A stretch of DNA of 53,427 nucleotides from Psammoneis japonica (lineage: Eukaryota). Of this stretch, positions 37,385-50,182 are shown in pieces. The notes beneath the pieces were generated by a model. It was not told the DNA's origin, did no database searches, and saw nothing but the letters and a program-made list of their open reading frames with translations. The DNA is taken from assembly GCA_008632985.1 (NCBI GenBank), contig QPGO01000129.1, positions 186,001 to 239,427 on the forward strand. The letters run 5' to 3'. Position numbers and translations under genes: made by a program. Positions within the stretch are counted from its first letter, which is position 1; each line of letters starts with the position of its first letter.

Positions 37385-37943
37385 CGTCAAAATTCAACTC
37401 TTGCCCGTCAACTGAGCTACAAGAAGTGTAGAACTGTTCTGACTGATGGATTCTAAATTATGAGATTTGTCGTTGTGGATACAAATGCACCAGGAACAAC
37501 AACACCTCACTTTAGTGAACGAAATTTCACCCAAAGCCCTCATCCATCTTGCCCGCGAAGTGCTGACGCATCATGCCTCCTTCGTAGAGATTGTACTGAA
37601 ATCTACGTATTTTTGAATTTTGTCGGATGGCGCCAATCTTCGGGAGAACAGCTGTCCGTATGTCAACCGACTTTTCGGTGGCTGCAGAAGAACCACGGAA
37701 GAACTCGTGTGGAAAAGATACCACGAGCTACGTACAGTACATAATTCACAAATCTTCCCGAAGTTGAAAGTTCGGACGACGTCAAGATGACGTCATCAGC
37801 TAATTTATTCGATTTTTTAATCCGTCCTACGCTGTGCTGACCGTAAAACCGTTTCAACTGCCACGTCTTATTCTAAACTCAAAAATGGTCAATTCCAAAA
37901 TCTGAGAACACATTGCCAACTAAATCGCACATTTTCTTTCGAT

Positions 37944-38058
37944 CTGTCGGCGGACCTTTGTCCAGAAACGGCCAGAAATGCCATTTTGAGTTTTGGGGCC
38001 ATCCAAGAATTCGAGTTTGAGCTTTTCTAGCCGTTTCTGGACAAAGGTCCGCCGGCAG
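37944..38058. repeat. 35-bp inverted repeat (33/35 identical) with 45-bp spacer at the transposon edge
   Basis: CTGTCGGCGGACCTTTGTCCAGAAACGGCCAGAAA at 37944-37978 pairs with 38024-38058. Confidence 0.9.
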
Positions 38059-38160
38059 TTGAGTTCGTCATGGTTTTGCCTTTACAAACATCCAATTTTG
38101 AACAAAAAACTCCTCGCAATTGATCTCGAATGACACTTTCACCTTTTCTTCATTGGGAAA

Positions 38161-41100
38161 TCAATGGCCAATTGTCAAATTTTTCTGCGTGATTTCTGCG
38201 TAGATTTGGTGCTGAGATTTTGCGATGAAGCCATGGTCAGCATCCAACGCTCTGCGATGAGCCTTCACAAGCTTGGTGATGCATTTGATGTGCTCCCGGT
38301 CTGTCTTCTTGGCCCCCCCACTCTCTTTAATCAAGAATTGGCAAGCAAGCTTGTGCTCACATGCTTTGCGTGCAAACTTGCGAGTTCGCGTCGTTGCGAG
38401 TGTTGCACGTGCAAGTGATTTTGCCATGTCATCCTTCAGATGAGTGGCAACGGCATCATTGAATTCCTTTTGAAAGCGCAGTTTTGCACACCCCCAAGCG
38501 CATTCAACCCCCACTCCCGCTGTTTCTGGATGGCATTTTGGTGTCATTCCAATGAAGCCTCCCAGTTTGTCTTCCACTGTCATTTGCAATTGTGTCTTCT
38601 CATTCTTGAAATCGCTGCAATTCCTCAGCATTTCAACAACAGAAGTGCTGACATCACGCTCGATCTTTTCTCCCTCTCCTCTGTCAGGATTTGCAGTGTG
38701 GCCATGCACGGACACGGGAGCGCCATTTGTCTTCAAGCTGTCATCGAAAAATCCGCGTTCAAAAGCGATTTGTGGCGCTCCCTTTGGCTTGCCAACATGT
38801 CCATGCTTCATTGCTGGGTCGCGTCTCACCACGGCGAGCCCAGCTTCAACACAGCGAGACACAAGGGCATCCCTCTTGCCATCAGAACTTTTGCCATTCT
38901 CCTCCAATGGCGTCTTTAGCTCTGGTGCGAGCAGCGACCTTTCAACATGTTCACCTGTTGGTGTGTCGTGTTGTGGTGCATCGGATTCATTCGCTGGAGG
39001 CAAGTCACCTTCTTGGAATGCCATTTGTTGTGTGTCACCCACTGACAGTTTTCTTGAATGACTCACTTCACCTGGGGTGGCATCAGACATCTCGGAGGGG
39101 TGCACAATCTGCTGCTTGCCGCCCCAAGCATGCCGCAGCTCAGCAGCGGACGTTGACAAGCCATCTGTCCACGTGGCTCCATGTCCGGAGCTGTGATCAA
39201 GCTCGAACGCCAAGTCACACTTGCAATGTTGGGGATTGTCTGGGTCAGGAAACAAGACTGCCATGGCATCCATGCAGTCTTCAATCTGCAGCACCATGTG
39301 TCTGTGCGTCCAGTGCCCGTCCTTGCCTTGTCCACAGTTCAATGTCCGAACAAAAGGTGAGTGCTCGAGCTCTGGTTTCGTTGCAGACCCCAGTGGAAAC
39401 TCTGCGGCTTCTTCGTCAGCACATGTCTGTCCTGTTCTTCTTTGATTTACTTCAGCTGACTCCTCTTGTGTCATTTCGCACCCAAAACCAAACTCCCTGC
39501 TGCACATGGCACTTGTCATCAACCCGGTGCCCTCTCCTTTGGATCTTAGAGTTTGTTTGCCATCCACAGCCCAGCAGCGAGCATTCAATTGGGAGGACCT
39601 AAACATGCACTCATCTTGACCAAATCGAACACACGGATGCTCAGATCCGTTCAACCCAACGCTGAGCTTCCCACCCAATGGCAAGTCCTCCCATGTGACA
39701 GTGTCAAACAGATCAACGTGCGCCTCAACCATTGCTGTTCCGTTGTCTTCGCAGGCAAACAAATGGGTTTTCAAAAAGCTCCACACCGCAACCTCGGAAT
39801 TGGGCACGTCTTTGCGCTTCATGTCATTTTCCTTTTCTGAAACAAGGCGTTCATGTTGCACTTTTGTCATTTGTGCCCAACAGTGTTCGCACAGCTCTTC
39901 TTGAAACCACTCCGTCAGGTGTCGGCTGCGGTCTTCTGTGACATCAATGAGAAGTCATGTGCGTCGAGATGGGGCACTGCACCTTGCAAGTGTTGAGTTG
40001 ATCAACCGTCCAGTCTTTCAAGAGAGTGTTGTTCATCCACTCTTGTGCCTTGGGGATCGTGAGATGCTCCAGGTTGCTGTTTGCCCAGCTTTTGAATTGA
40101 GCCATTGGACTCTCGTCTTCAGTGAATGGTGATTTTGCAGCATCTGAGGAGTGGCCTCTGTCAGAACGGCAGAATTTTCTGGTGGGGGAACGGTTGAGAT
40201 CGAGGAACCAGTCCATCACAGTGTGTCCTGAAACGACATTGCAGTTGTCGTCTGCTGCTTTCTCACAACATTTCAACCATGTCACAGGCTCTCCCCTTTT
40301 GGTCGCGGTGCATGGGTGACGTGGCGCATTGCAAACATGCTTTGCTTTCATCATTGCATGCCTTCTGTCGTGCTCACCAAATGACAAAACGATTTCTTCG
40401 TCGTCACCGCCTGGGAGCAAACCGCGCCAGTCATCGTTTTGGATTTTCTCTGTCAAGTCGGTGATCATCTGCTCCCGGTGTCTTTGGTTGGATCGCATTT
40501 TTCTTTGGGCAGCAGCCGCATGTTCTTGGTCACGCTTCGTCATCAAGTTCTGCATCTTCTTCGCCGCGTGGATTTCTTGTTGCTGTTCGACATGAGCCTG
40601 GTCAACTGGAGTGATGGGTTGGGCGCTGGGATTGCAGAAAACAAAGCCAGCAGTGGCATGAAGAGCTGGTGCAGAGCACATTCGGAGGCTTTTGATGATG
40701 CGATTGTGACATTGTTTTTTCTTCGGCGGCTCCGACGGATTTGCACTTTCTTTCTCGTGGGGTGTGCAGCTGGCGGTCATCGCAGCAGCAGCTTCAGCGT
40801 GAGTTTTGCCATTGAGTGTAGATTCAATGTGGGACACCCAGCTCTCCACCAACTTCTTAGCTTCATTGCTCTCGTGCGACAGTCGAAACGCAAAGGCGGC
40901 ACTCTCCGCCTCAACCTGCGTCTTGAAATTTTTGCTGTTCTTCTTCTTGCCCACTCCTATCTGTTGCTCTTGCTCGCTTTAAAAGTGCAACACGATGCAA
41001 AGTGTCATCACCATTGGACACAGTCACTGCTCTCGTGCCAGACGTGAGCTCCCATCCATGTGGGCAGTTGTTGTTGTGGAGTGCGGCTTGCACTTTTTTT

Positions 41101-41226
41101 GACTCAAGCGGACCCAAAGTTTGCTTGCGACTCCGTCGCATGGGATCATGCTGCAACTCATTCTGGCTGTGGATGACTGCCTTGCTGCGAGAGTCTTTCT
41201 TCTTGCTGGATGATTTCCGCTTCATT
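38161..41226 (-). mobile_element. IS630/Tc1-mariner-like DDE transposase, decayed
   Basis: FGQDE, FELDHSSGH and TPK[C]HPE...VE[C]AWG[C]AK (PKYH...IEYxWG motif). Upstream pieces 39944-40954 and 40911-41226 are joined by frameshifts. Confidence 0.8.
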
Positions 41227-41681
41227 GTTGACGAGTGCAGCCGAAAGAAATGAAGGTGAATGCTGTCATTTCTTGGCTCTGTTTTTTTGGCACGAACACA
41301 CACAAACATTCAACATCTGATGTGTTTTGTCAACTGCATTGTCATTTTCTCCTGACACGTCACTTTGTGCCAAAACCTGCGAAAAATCTACACCCCTCAA
41401 ACTTTGACAGAGTCTCGCTCACTCTAAACACCTCGCAAGGCACAGCACAAAGGCTCCGTTCGAAAGAGCAGATTCTCCTCTTTCCATCGATGTGCGGATG
41501 ACTGCCTGCGGACAACTTGCACCAGAGATGCGCACGTGGCAGTGCAAGCAGTTTTATGCTCAGCACAGCGCAGCTAGCTAGAGTCTGCCCATTTTCCAAT
41601 TTCATCACCCCCCCCCCCCTCAAGGATTTGCAAGTCTGTCAGGATGCACAAGCTGCATAGAATGCGTGTTGCCATGCGTGG

Positions 41682-42793
41682 TCAACAGCCTCTGAGCAAT
41701 CTTGACGGTGCGAACTCCACCGTTAAAGCACACAAATTTATGTGTGTTTTGCACATCCTCATTTTTTCAAGGGATCGCGCATCATCCATGCAAGCACCAC
41801 ACACCATGATGATCGGAGCGCCGCTTGTCAGACTGTTGACGATCCTTTCAATGGCACCAACGCCATCTGCTGGTCTTTGCCTCCACACAGAAACAGCTTG
41901 TGTTGCTTTTTCGAAGGCAAGCGGCCAATTGTAAGGTGAAAAAAGGATTTTGTGTTGACACCACAGTTCGAGACTCATTGTCGCTCTCTGTCGCAATCGA
42001 GCTGCACTGTGCTTTTGTTTCGGCATCTCGCTCATTTTCTTTGACATGTTTGTCTTTGTGACTCACACAGAGAAGCTGTTGAGCAACGCATCACCCCTGC
42101 GGATGAACAATGTCTCACAGTTTCTTGTCGGTGTCGACACCATTTCTTTTCAACTCATGTTCTTCCTTGTGTCGGAGTGGGGCTGTGGTGTGTTCTGCGC
42201 TCTCTTTTGGACTGAACCAAGCAAGCCACAGTTGACACTTTCACAAATGATGACAATTGTGATGTGCAATGGGTTGGATGTTGACGTCCATGACCTTGCC
42301 GAGTGCCGGTCAGTGGCACTCCCTCGTTCGGGGACCGAAAACTGGGGCAAATCTTGGTGGCGTGGAGACTCTGCGATTGGAGTGCGAGCGAGCGGGCTGG
42401 AATCTCGTGCAGTTTGCTTCTGAAGAATGTGCACAACAAGGCATGTTTGCATTTAAAGCAGCATTGATGCATCATGCATTTGCAGCACTGGCATGACAAA
42501 CAAACTGACAACATCATTCTCCATCTCTGTCTTTCCCATCCAGGTGGTGTCTCATTTTTGATTCTTGGCCAGTGACGAGGGGCAGTGCATAAAATTTTAG
42601 TGCTTCTCTCGGGCTTCAAGCAATGGACAATGCTTTGGACGAGACGCTTGCATCGTGTGTTTTGCGTCACGCGTGTCCTTGCCAGCGGGCGACCCCAAAG
42701 TGGATCATTGGCGTGAATCAGTGCTTGTTGAAACACATGACAATTTGGCGAACTGCAGCAGCATACATCATCACTCATCGTCACAACAATCAA
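41682..42793 (-). pseudogene. Decayed transposon-associated ORF with possible THAP-like CxxxxC...RHWP N-terminus
   Basis: CCCSSPNC...KIL[C]TAPRHWP, fragmented and TpA-depleted. Confidence 0.3.
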
Positions 42794-43350
42794 TCAGTCA
42801 TTGGGTTGATTGGCAATCGGCGGCAGATTTTAGAGCTACCACATTTGAAATTCCATTTCGTCTCTGTCTTCATCCACGTACCGCACGCCACCGCACCATC
42901 ACATTTCGTGCCGTCTGTTATCCCCCCTCCATCACGTTTCGTGTGCCGTCTGTTTTCTCCCCTCCATCACGTTTCGTCTTCGAGGTATCTATGATATTTG
43001 TGCATGGGTATTTATAAATGATAAGTTCGTCCCGTCAGAAGCCCTACGTAGACTGCCGTAAAACGCATTACAAATTTTAACTTTGTTCGTACCACGCATG
43101 GCAACAGGCTCGTGCGTAGATTTGTACCGGAGCTTGTACATCCTGACAGACTTATAAATCCTTGCCCCCCCTACGGTATGTCTCGCGGTACTCTTCCAAA
43201 ATTGAAAAACGGATCAAACCCCTCACCCACGACGATGAGAAACACTTTTGACCCGTCGACGGCAACAAGTCCTGCCACATTTTTTGCGCAGGTCACAATT
43301 GCCACTTTTTTATACTAAAGAGACAAAGTTGATAAGAAAAGTGGTACGGC

Positions 43351-45642
43351 ATGAACCTTTGGAAACTCTTTGTCGTCACCGTGTCGATCGTTCCTCTGTC
43401 GCTGCTTTCATTTTTAAGTATTGGGCGCTTCGAAAAGCAGGTGACCGTGCTAGTGAAAAATCAATATGGACAAGTCGCTTCTGCTTGGAAAGGCGATTCT
43501 CCAAATGATGACGACAGACCCGAAGCTGACACTGGCAACGAACACGACGACCAAACTACTACTGCTTTGAGAGGAAAGTCCAACGGCAGTGATGGCAAGG
43601 ACCAAGATGCTGCTGCTTTGAGAGAAAAGTCTGATAGAAGCGGCGCCATTTCCGTTGCTGACTCTGGGAACGAAAAAAGCAAAGCTGCTACTGTTTCGAG
43701 AGGAAAGTCCTCTGATGACTCGTTGCCTTTGTTGATTCTGCATGTCGGACCAAGAGCGACTGGCGCCGAAACTATTCAATCGGTTGCTGCTCGGTATGAA
43801 GGGAAGCTGAAGAAAGACAACATTGTTTTTCTGGGTCACAACTCAAGCGAACGGGACCAGAATACCCATCAAATATACGTCGAATGTATAACTCATATGC
43901 AAGATCATGACGGAAGAATGTGCAACAGGAGGTGGGAGAATTTCGACCGAATCCTTGAAAGGCACAGACAACGAAAGCAGAATGTTTTCGTTTCAGACGA
44001 GCTGTTCAGTTCATTCACGGACAGACTCAACGTAGAGCACCAGCACCTTTGGAAACAGTTAATACCTCGGTTGAAAGGAAAGTGGAGGGTCCGAGTTATC
44101 TTCTCCTACCGCCGATACTATGAATGGGTGGTATCTCGATACTCGCAATTATACAACCCCAATCCAGATGCACGGAGCTTTGGCGAGCTAGTGGAAATTT
44201 GGCCTGATCTTGGGGGCAGAAAGATACATTCCTTCCGTACTTTTTATGAAGCTGTGAGAAAAAATACTTTCAAGTATCCTCCGGCCATGAAGGAGAGATG
44301 GAGTGACAAGTACAATGTCGAGATCTTCAACTATCACAGCGACGGCAACGTTATCGAGAACTTTTTTTGTGACATGGTGCCCGAGGCTGCCAGGCTCTGT
44401 CAGCTTTTCCGTACAGATGAGGTTGAAAGTCAGCACCAAGATACGTCCACGTCCATTAAGCAACATTATAACGAAGCGATCGCAGCTGCGGCCTACAAAC
44501 GCGGTTGGGTAGACAAATCCCACGCGCCGTCCGAGATCATCAAAGCCGTCGCATCATTCGCAGAGAAGCAAAACGATTCACCACCTCTTGATTGCCTATC
44601 TCCTTCTGAAACCGATGAGTTGTTGAAGTTGTCCTTGTCCATGGAAGAAGAAATGTTACCCGAGTTTTTCGCATCAGACAAGGGGGAGACGGTGCTCAAG
44701 TCAGAGTTTCGCGCACTGTCAGAAGCTGGCTCGTTTTGCTCTGTTGATACGGAGTCAATTCTCAGTGACGATGAATGGAAACATGTGTTTGATGATTTTC
44801 GTAAACCTGCCTTGACGGGCAATGGTGCAACGACTGACCTCCCAGTCGATTATCCGCAGTTAGATGTGGATTTGGCTTGGCTTGGTATCGGGGCACAAGG
44901 CGCTGGGACAACCTGGTTGGCCAACATGCTTTCTGACTGCTGCTCTTCTGTGGTGGGACTCTCTTTCAAGAAAGAAATTCATTTTTGGGACTGGTATCGT
45001 CAAAAGGGTCTAGGATGGTACAGCGAACAGTTTCCGAATCGAACCTCTTCAGAAATATTTCATGGCGAGTTCTCTCCACACTATATGTCATTGCCAGAGG
45101 AAGATATTCGAGAAATTCGTGCTCTCTTTCCTTCGGTCCGCCTCATCTTTGTCGCGAGGGACCTTGTTGAAAGGACGTGGTCGGGGATCCGCAAAACTGT
45201 AAGGAGGTATAACTTGCATGGGACCTTAGACTCGATTAACCCTGCAAACTATACCGACGAATTCTTCATGAAAAAAGCTGCCGGTAGAATCAACAAGGAA
45301 CGAAGCGCTTACGACATCGGAATGAAACGATGGTACTCTCACTTTCCGGCCGATCAAATTCTCATTCTGAACTTTGATGATATTGCAAACGATCCTGTGG
45401 ATTTCGTTAGAAAGGTGTTGGTACACATTGGTGTCCCAAACCCAGAATCCTATTTGAAAGCGATCAAAGAGGAGCAAGGAGAAAAGATTAATCCCGGCGT
45501 GTACACCGATATCCGTCCTTCGCTTCGCAAGAAACTTGAAGATCTGTTCAGGCCTACTTCCCAGGAGTTTAATAAGCTCTTGCGAGAGAACGATTACGAC
45601 TGGCAATTGAATGAGTACCAAGGAAGTGAGGTCGTAGAGTAA
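43351..45642 (+). CDS. Type II membrane protein with two sulfotransferase-like (P-loop/PAPS-binding) domains
   Basis: N-terminal TM helix, stem region, LILHVGPRATGAETIQ...VSDELF...YRRYYEW, and second domain IGAQGAGTTWL...KEIHFWD...GEFSPHY...RDLVERTWS. Single intact exon. Confidence 0.8.
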   Translation: MNLWKLFVVTVSIVPLSLLSFLSIGRFEKQVTVLVKNQYGQVASAWKGDSPNDDDRPEADTGNEHDDQTTTALRGKSNGSDGKDQDAAALREKSDRSGAISVADSGNEKSKAATVSRGKSSDDSLPLLILHVGPRATGAETIQSVAARYEGKLKKDNIVFLGHNSSERDQNTHQIYVECITHMQDHDGRMCNRRWENFDRILERHRQRKQNVFVSDELFSSFTDRLNVEHQHLWKQLIPRLKGKWRVRVIFSYRRYYEWVVSRYSQLYNPNPDARSFGELVEIWPDLGGRKIHSFRTFYEAVRKNTFKYPPAMKERWSDKYNVEIFNYHSDGNVIENFFCDMVPEAARLCQLFRTDEVESQHQDTSTSIKQHYNEAIAAAAYKRGWVDKSHAPSEIIKAVASFAEKQNDSPPLDCLSPSETDELLKLSLSMEEEMLPEFFASDKGETVLKSEFRALSEAGSFCSVDTESILSDDEWKHVFDDFRKPALTGNGATTDLPVDYPQLDVDLAWLGIGAQGAGTTWLANMLSDCCSSVVGLSFKKEIHFWDWYRQKGLGWYSEQFPNRTSSEIFHGEFSPHYMSLPEEDIREIRALFPSVRLIFVARDLVERTWSGIRKTVRRYNLHGTLDSINPANYTDEFFMKKAAGRINKERSAYDIGMKRWYSHFPADQILILNFDDIANDPVDFVRKVLVHIGVPNPESYLKAIKEEQGEKINPGVYTDIRPSLRKKLEDLFRPTSQEFNKLLRENDYDWQLNEYQGSEVVE

Positions 45643-46525
45643 CAAACAAATACTACAGTGTCGAAACACGTGCACTTTTATTTTCCATGTAAACTCATGG
45701 ATGGACAAAACAATTGAAGCAATTGTTTCTTGAGCTACTGTTGGCCGAGTAAATCTAACTGGCTTGCATTAAGAGAGTAAATTCCTGCCGGGGTGAATCA
45801 CCTTGACTCTCCATTGGAACAAGACAAATCGGGCTTTAGCCACTGTAGCTCGGAATTACAGCGCGGTTTTCACCCTGGAGTTCTCGATTGTCCTTTTCAT
45901 CGAGGACAGGAGGGAAGCGCGCTGGAAGTGTTCAAACCCGGGATGCAATGCATGTCATGAAGGACCTCAAAGATGGGCTCCAGGCATGCCAAAATATGAG
46001 AAGTGTTGATTTGTCATTTGGTGGCTCCTCAGACACAATGCCTGCTTGCCAGCTGACAGAAGAGCACCGCTTCTTCTTCCGTCATCAAGATGGTGGCAGT
46101 GTGTGCTGTGCGATGACCCTGTGTGGCCTTCTCACATGCCACTCGCTCGCAGTTTTGAGCTGCAGGGCAGCACACTGTTCTGGCGAGCACAGGTCCTGTT
46201 CATCTTTGTGCTGACAAAACATGGCGGGTGCAACCAGCGCCAGCAATGGCACTTGCTCTGCCCACTGCGCAAAAGACATTCACAGCCACTCAAGCTTTGT
46301 TCAGCTCATTGCTGGCTGCACAAAAAGCGCCCATCTTTTGCCAGGTGGTGGTCATTCTCAAGTCCTTGTCAACACATGGCAGGGCTTTAAATGCTGTCTG
46401 GGTCCTTGCCATCAGCCAACTGTGCTGCAAAGAATGCAGCGCTGATGCTGCTGCTGCTTTGTGCTTGTGCAGTTGGCCAGGGTCAGTGCAGACAGTTGAC
46501 AGTTGTGCAGGCAAGGTGCAGGTTT

Positions 46526-46950
46526 GGCCAGGTTGGCTGTTTGAACTGGACTTGTGGCTGTCCCTTGCAAGAATTGTGCAGTGCACATCACACATGTGTG
46601 TGCCAGCTGATGCAGGAGACAGCAGAGCCGATGGCTTGGCAAACACCTGGGCTGCCCAAGGGAAGGTCCATGTTTTTCCACCCATTCTGTGGATGTGGCA
46701 CATTCTTCTGCAAAAGAAGATCAACACTGACCCACTTGGCAGTGCACTCTCTGCACAATGCCAGCAGCCAGATTTTTGCACACATTTGAAGAAAGCACTT
46801 CAAAATTTGTGCTGGAGGTTTTTTGTGTCAGGTTTGGGGTTGGCCACCAGGTTGGCTGTTTGCACTGGACTTTGTCCCTTGCAAGAACATTGCAGCACAC
46901 ACATTTGAAAAAAGCACTTGAAAGTTTGTGCTGGATGTCTTTTGTGCCAG
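46526..46950. repeat. Degenerate direct repeats in decayed DNA
   Basis: CACACATTTGAA.AAAGCACTT...TTTGTGCTGGA near 46779 and 46897. CCAGGTTGGCTGTTTG.ACTGGACTT near 46528 and 46846. Confidence 0.7.
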
Positions 46951-47873
46951 GCTTTGCCTGTTGCAGTGCTCAGATGTCAGCTGGCACCTGTGGCTCCTGT
47001 GATGAAGTGGAGGCAACAGAAGTGATGGAAAAACAGAAAGAACGGGGTCTCACCTGCAAGTGACTTGGGTGGTCAAGTCCATGCACAAACAGGAGAGAAC
47101 AGCTGGTGTGCTAATCTGGGAACAGCACCTTGCGACGATGCTTTGTCCAGACATTGTGAGAGACTCTGAGCTGGTCTCAGAGTCGATGTGATCATTGAAG
47201 ACGTGTTCCAGCCGCACGTGAACCAAATCGTGCACAGAAACGACATTTGCGCGATTTTTGCGCGGTCCCCACTTGCGATCGAACTTTCACCACCAAAAGC
47301 ATAGATTCACACAAACACAAATGTTTTGCAACACTGACAAGACTCGTGTGAGTGTTGCAATGTCATTGTCATTGTGCCATCTGTGTTTTTCATTGCACTG
47401 AAAGATTCGTAACACAACGGATGATTTTCGGCGAAAACATTGCCGTCACTTGGATGTCACCCAAACATGTCTTTCTGCGATGCCACTTGGCAGGTTTTCT
47501 GCCTGCAAAAACATCTCAGTGTAAATCTACGGACGTGCAATCAGCATTGAGTCTACTGAGGAAGTTTGTGATGCACATCCCATGAGGATTTGAAAAACTT
47601 TAAAAAAACTGTTTAAATGTTCATGCTCTAGAAGCCTGCAAAAGTCAATCCGCAAAATGCTCCATGCACTGAAACATGCACAAATCATGTTCAAAATCCG
47701 ATTGTCGTTTTGTGCGTCACCTGGGACTGGAACACGTCTGAAATTGGACAGATTCCGACAGGCAGATGACACGGATCGGAGCCAGGATCGATTTCAATCA
47801 AAAACGGAGTGGAAGATGTGTTGTCTTCAATCATGAGGCTCTGATGGAAAAAGGGAACATGGAATCCCTGTCA

Positions 47874-49730
47874 CCCCCTTGAGCTGAGTGAGGGAAGACA
47901 GAAATGGCTCATGACAACATGTGAGCAGGAAGGCACCATGGGACACGATCGACCATGACCCAATTTTTCTCTGCACATTGAGTTTTCATGAGACAGTCTG
48001 CCAATTGACTTTTGCTGGTGGGGACCCAGACAAGTGGGTGATGACCCAATCGTTGACCCTCACGGACACATTGGAAACGTTGCTCAGTGTGTCTTGTGCG
48101 TTGAGTCTGTTGGTCGTTCTGTGCCATCTGGGCTGCAGCCTGATTGCCCAACATGATGATGGTGGGGGTGGTGGTGAGATGCTGGGAATCGACAGAGCAG
48201 TGGCAGGTGCCAAGGCAGGCGAAGTCGCAGGCCAACATGCGGAGATGAGCGACGGCCGCTGCACCAGTGCAGGCACCCATCCATTCAGATTCTGCAGAGG
48301 ACATTGCTGCGGGGGTCGGGACAGTGGAGTTGGCTTCCACTGTTGCCCCAACGCGCTCCAGCTCCAGGTGGGACCTCGCACCACTGAGCTGTGACACAAT
48401 TGTTTTTTGTCATCCGTCGCATGTTTCGCGCGCACATTTCTGCGTGTTCCATTGTAAAAAATTGTTCCACACTGCCTGTTTTGCGAAGCCAAAGGCTTTC
48501 TGTTGTCTGCACTTGTGTCAACAAAAATGTGCTGGGTGTGTTCTTCAACGTCTGAAGAATGTGCCCGGGCATGCTGCAAAGAATGTGCTTCAAGTGTGGA
48601 GGAGGAGTCACGTTCGCAAAATTGTCTCTTTTTCTGTTGGCGATCATTCATGTGTCCATTGCTTGGTGATTTTGCTGCAGAGCTCGCACGTGGAATTCTG
48701 TGGGCCCAATGTCACAAAAAGTCCCACCCAGGGCTGGAACCCGTCCCCCACTGAAGCAGGCCATGAATCCAACAGTTGATTTTGCAGTGTCTGGACAGTC
48801 TTGCCAGCTGGCATTGGCGAAGACCACAAACTTGGAATGACTGACATTGTGGGCTTTGCAAATTGCGCGAACAGGACTCGCGGTGGGATCAGAGTGGAGC
48901 TTGATGGCAAGGTCTTGATGTCTTCAAAGACAGCCAAAAAGATGGATGAGAGCATCAAAATCTTTCATGCCAGGGTTGGTGCAAGCCTTGGCAAGTTTGC
49001 AAGTGATCCACAAAATGTCAGCACATGTGTTGCAGGCAAGATGGAGGATGGAACAGACAGCGGAAAGGAAGCGGAGTCCAGGGCACTTGGTGGCGATGGC
49101 ATCAGAATCAGCTTGGTCTTTTGGCTGGCTCGTCTTGGAGCAAAATCAACTGGAGCTGGAGTGTCCTGAAAGCTGGGGCTGCCCCAAGGGGAGCCCGGTG
49201 TCAGGAATCGCTTGAGGAGATTGCAGACGTGTCGGCATTGACAAAGTGAGAAAGATCAGTCTTCGCAGCAGTGAGTGCGCATTTTGCAGGAACCAGGTGA
49301 CGTCACCGGCAAATGCAACATTGCACTTGAACTGGATGAGTTGCTCAAAATCCTTTTCAACTTGATCATTCAATCCGAAGTGCATGACATCACAGGTGTG
49401 GAAAATCAGCTTGAGATGTGATCCATCAGGGAAGTGTTTGGCAAAGAAGGTGGGATCTGCCTTCAAACTGGTGCATCCTTGGGCAATGAGGAATTCCAAG
49501 AGTTTGGTTGACCACCAAAGACCACTCCGGATGGTTCCACACATGCCCTTTTTGAGTCTGAAAGGTGCGCCGAAATGCCCCGCATGTTCCGGAAAGCATT
49601 GCTTCAAAATGGGATCAAAACGGACAAAGAGGCGACCACGAGCTGGAGCTTGGAGGCAAGCACTGACAAAGTCACCATGGCATGTCTGAGTGCGGCACAA
49701 TGGCCAACAGTGCAAAGAAATCCAGTGCAA
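47874..49730 (-). mobile_element. Second Ty1/Copia remnant (RT and RNase H), interrupted by a MITE
   Basis: DFVSA[C]LQA, LKKGM[C]G, DPTFF, MSSAESE, RTRH...RF..VRE, QLAD..MK. PPT AAGGGGG followed by TGACAGGG on the minus strand at 47880-47866. Confidence 0.8.
48350..48745. mobile_element. 396-bp MITE, copy 1
   Basis: TIR AACGCGCTCCAGCTCCAGGTGGGA ... TCCCACCCAGGGCTGGAACCCGTC, flanked by 4-bp TSD CCCC. Removing it rejoins the Copia reading frame. Confidence 0.85.
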
Positions 49731-49786
49731 TCATCAAAACAAGCAATGTTTTGCAGTGGTGTGACTGCACTCTCATCTTGATCAAC

Positions 49787-50182
49787 GACGCGTTCCAGCC
49801 CTGGGTGGGAGCTCGCAGCACTGACGTGTGACAACAACAACTTTTGTCATCCGTCGCATGTTTCGTGCGCAGATTTCTGCATGTGACATTTAAAAAAAAT
49901 TGTCCAGACTCGCTGTTTTGCGAAGCCCCAGACGTTTCATGTGACAAATTTGCAGAAACAACAGCGCGCCAGTTGCATTCTTCAATGTCTGAAGAGCGCA
50001 ACTGGCCAAGTAAAAAATGATGCACTTCAATCATGTGCGAGTTTGTGCGTTCGCAAAATTGCCTCATTTTCTGTTGGCGATCATCGACACTTTAATTGCC
50101 GGACAATTTTGCTGCGGAGCTCGCACGCAGAAGTCTGCGGGCCCAATGTCACACGGATTCCCACCTGCGTCTGGAACGCGTC
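49787..50182. mobile_element. 396-bp MITE, copy 2
   Basis: GACGCGTTCCAGCCCTGGGTGGGA ... TCCCACCTGCGTCTGGAACGCGTC with 4-bp TSD CAAC. The interior aligns with copy 1. Confidence 0.85.

Noticed and set aside
41590..41625. Kolobok-like terminus (poly-C followed by mutated TTAA)
   Set aside because: No matching opposite terminus was found in the window.
45950..47800. Many short Cys/His/Trp-rich ORFs as metal-binding proteins
   Set aside because: Their composition follows directly from TG/CA enrichment in decayed repeats.
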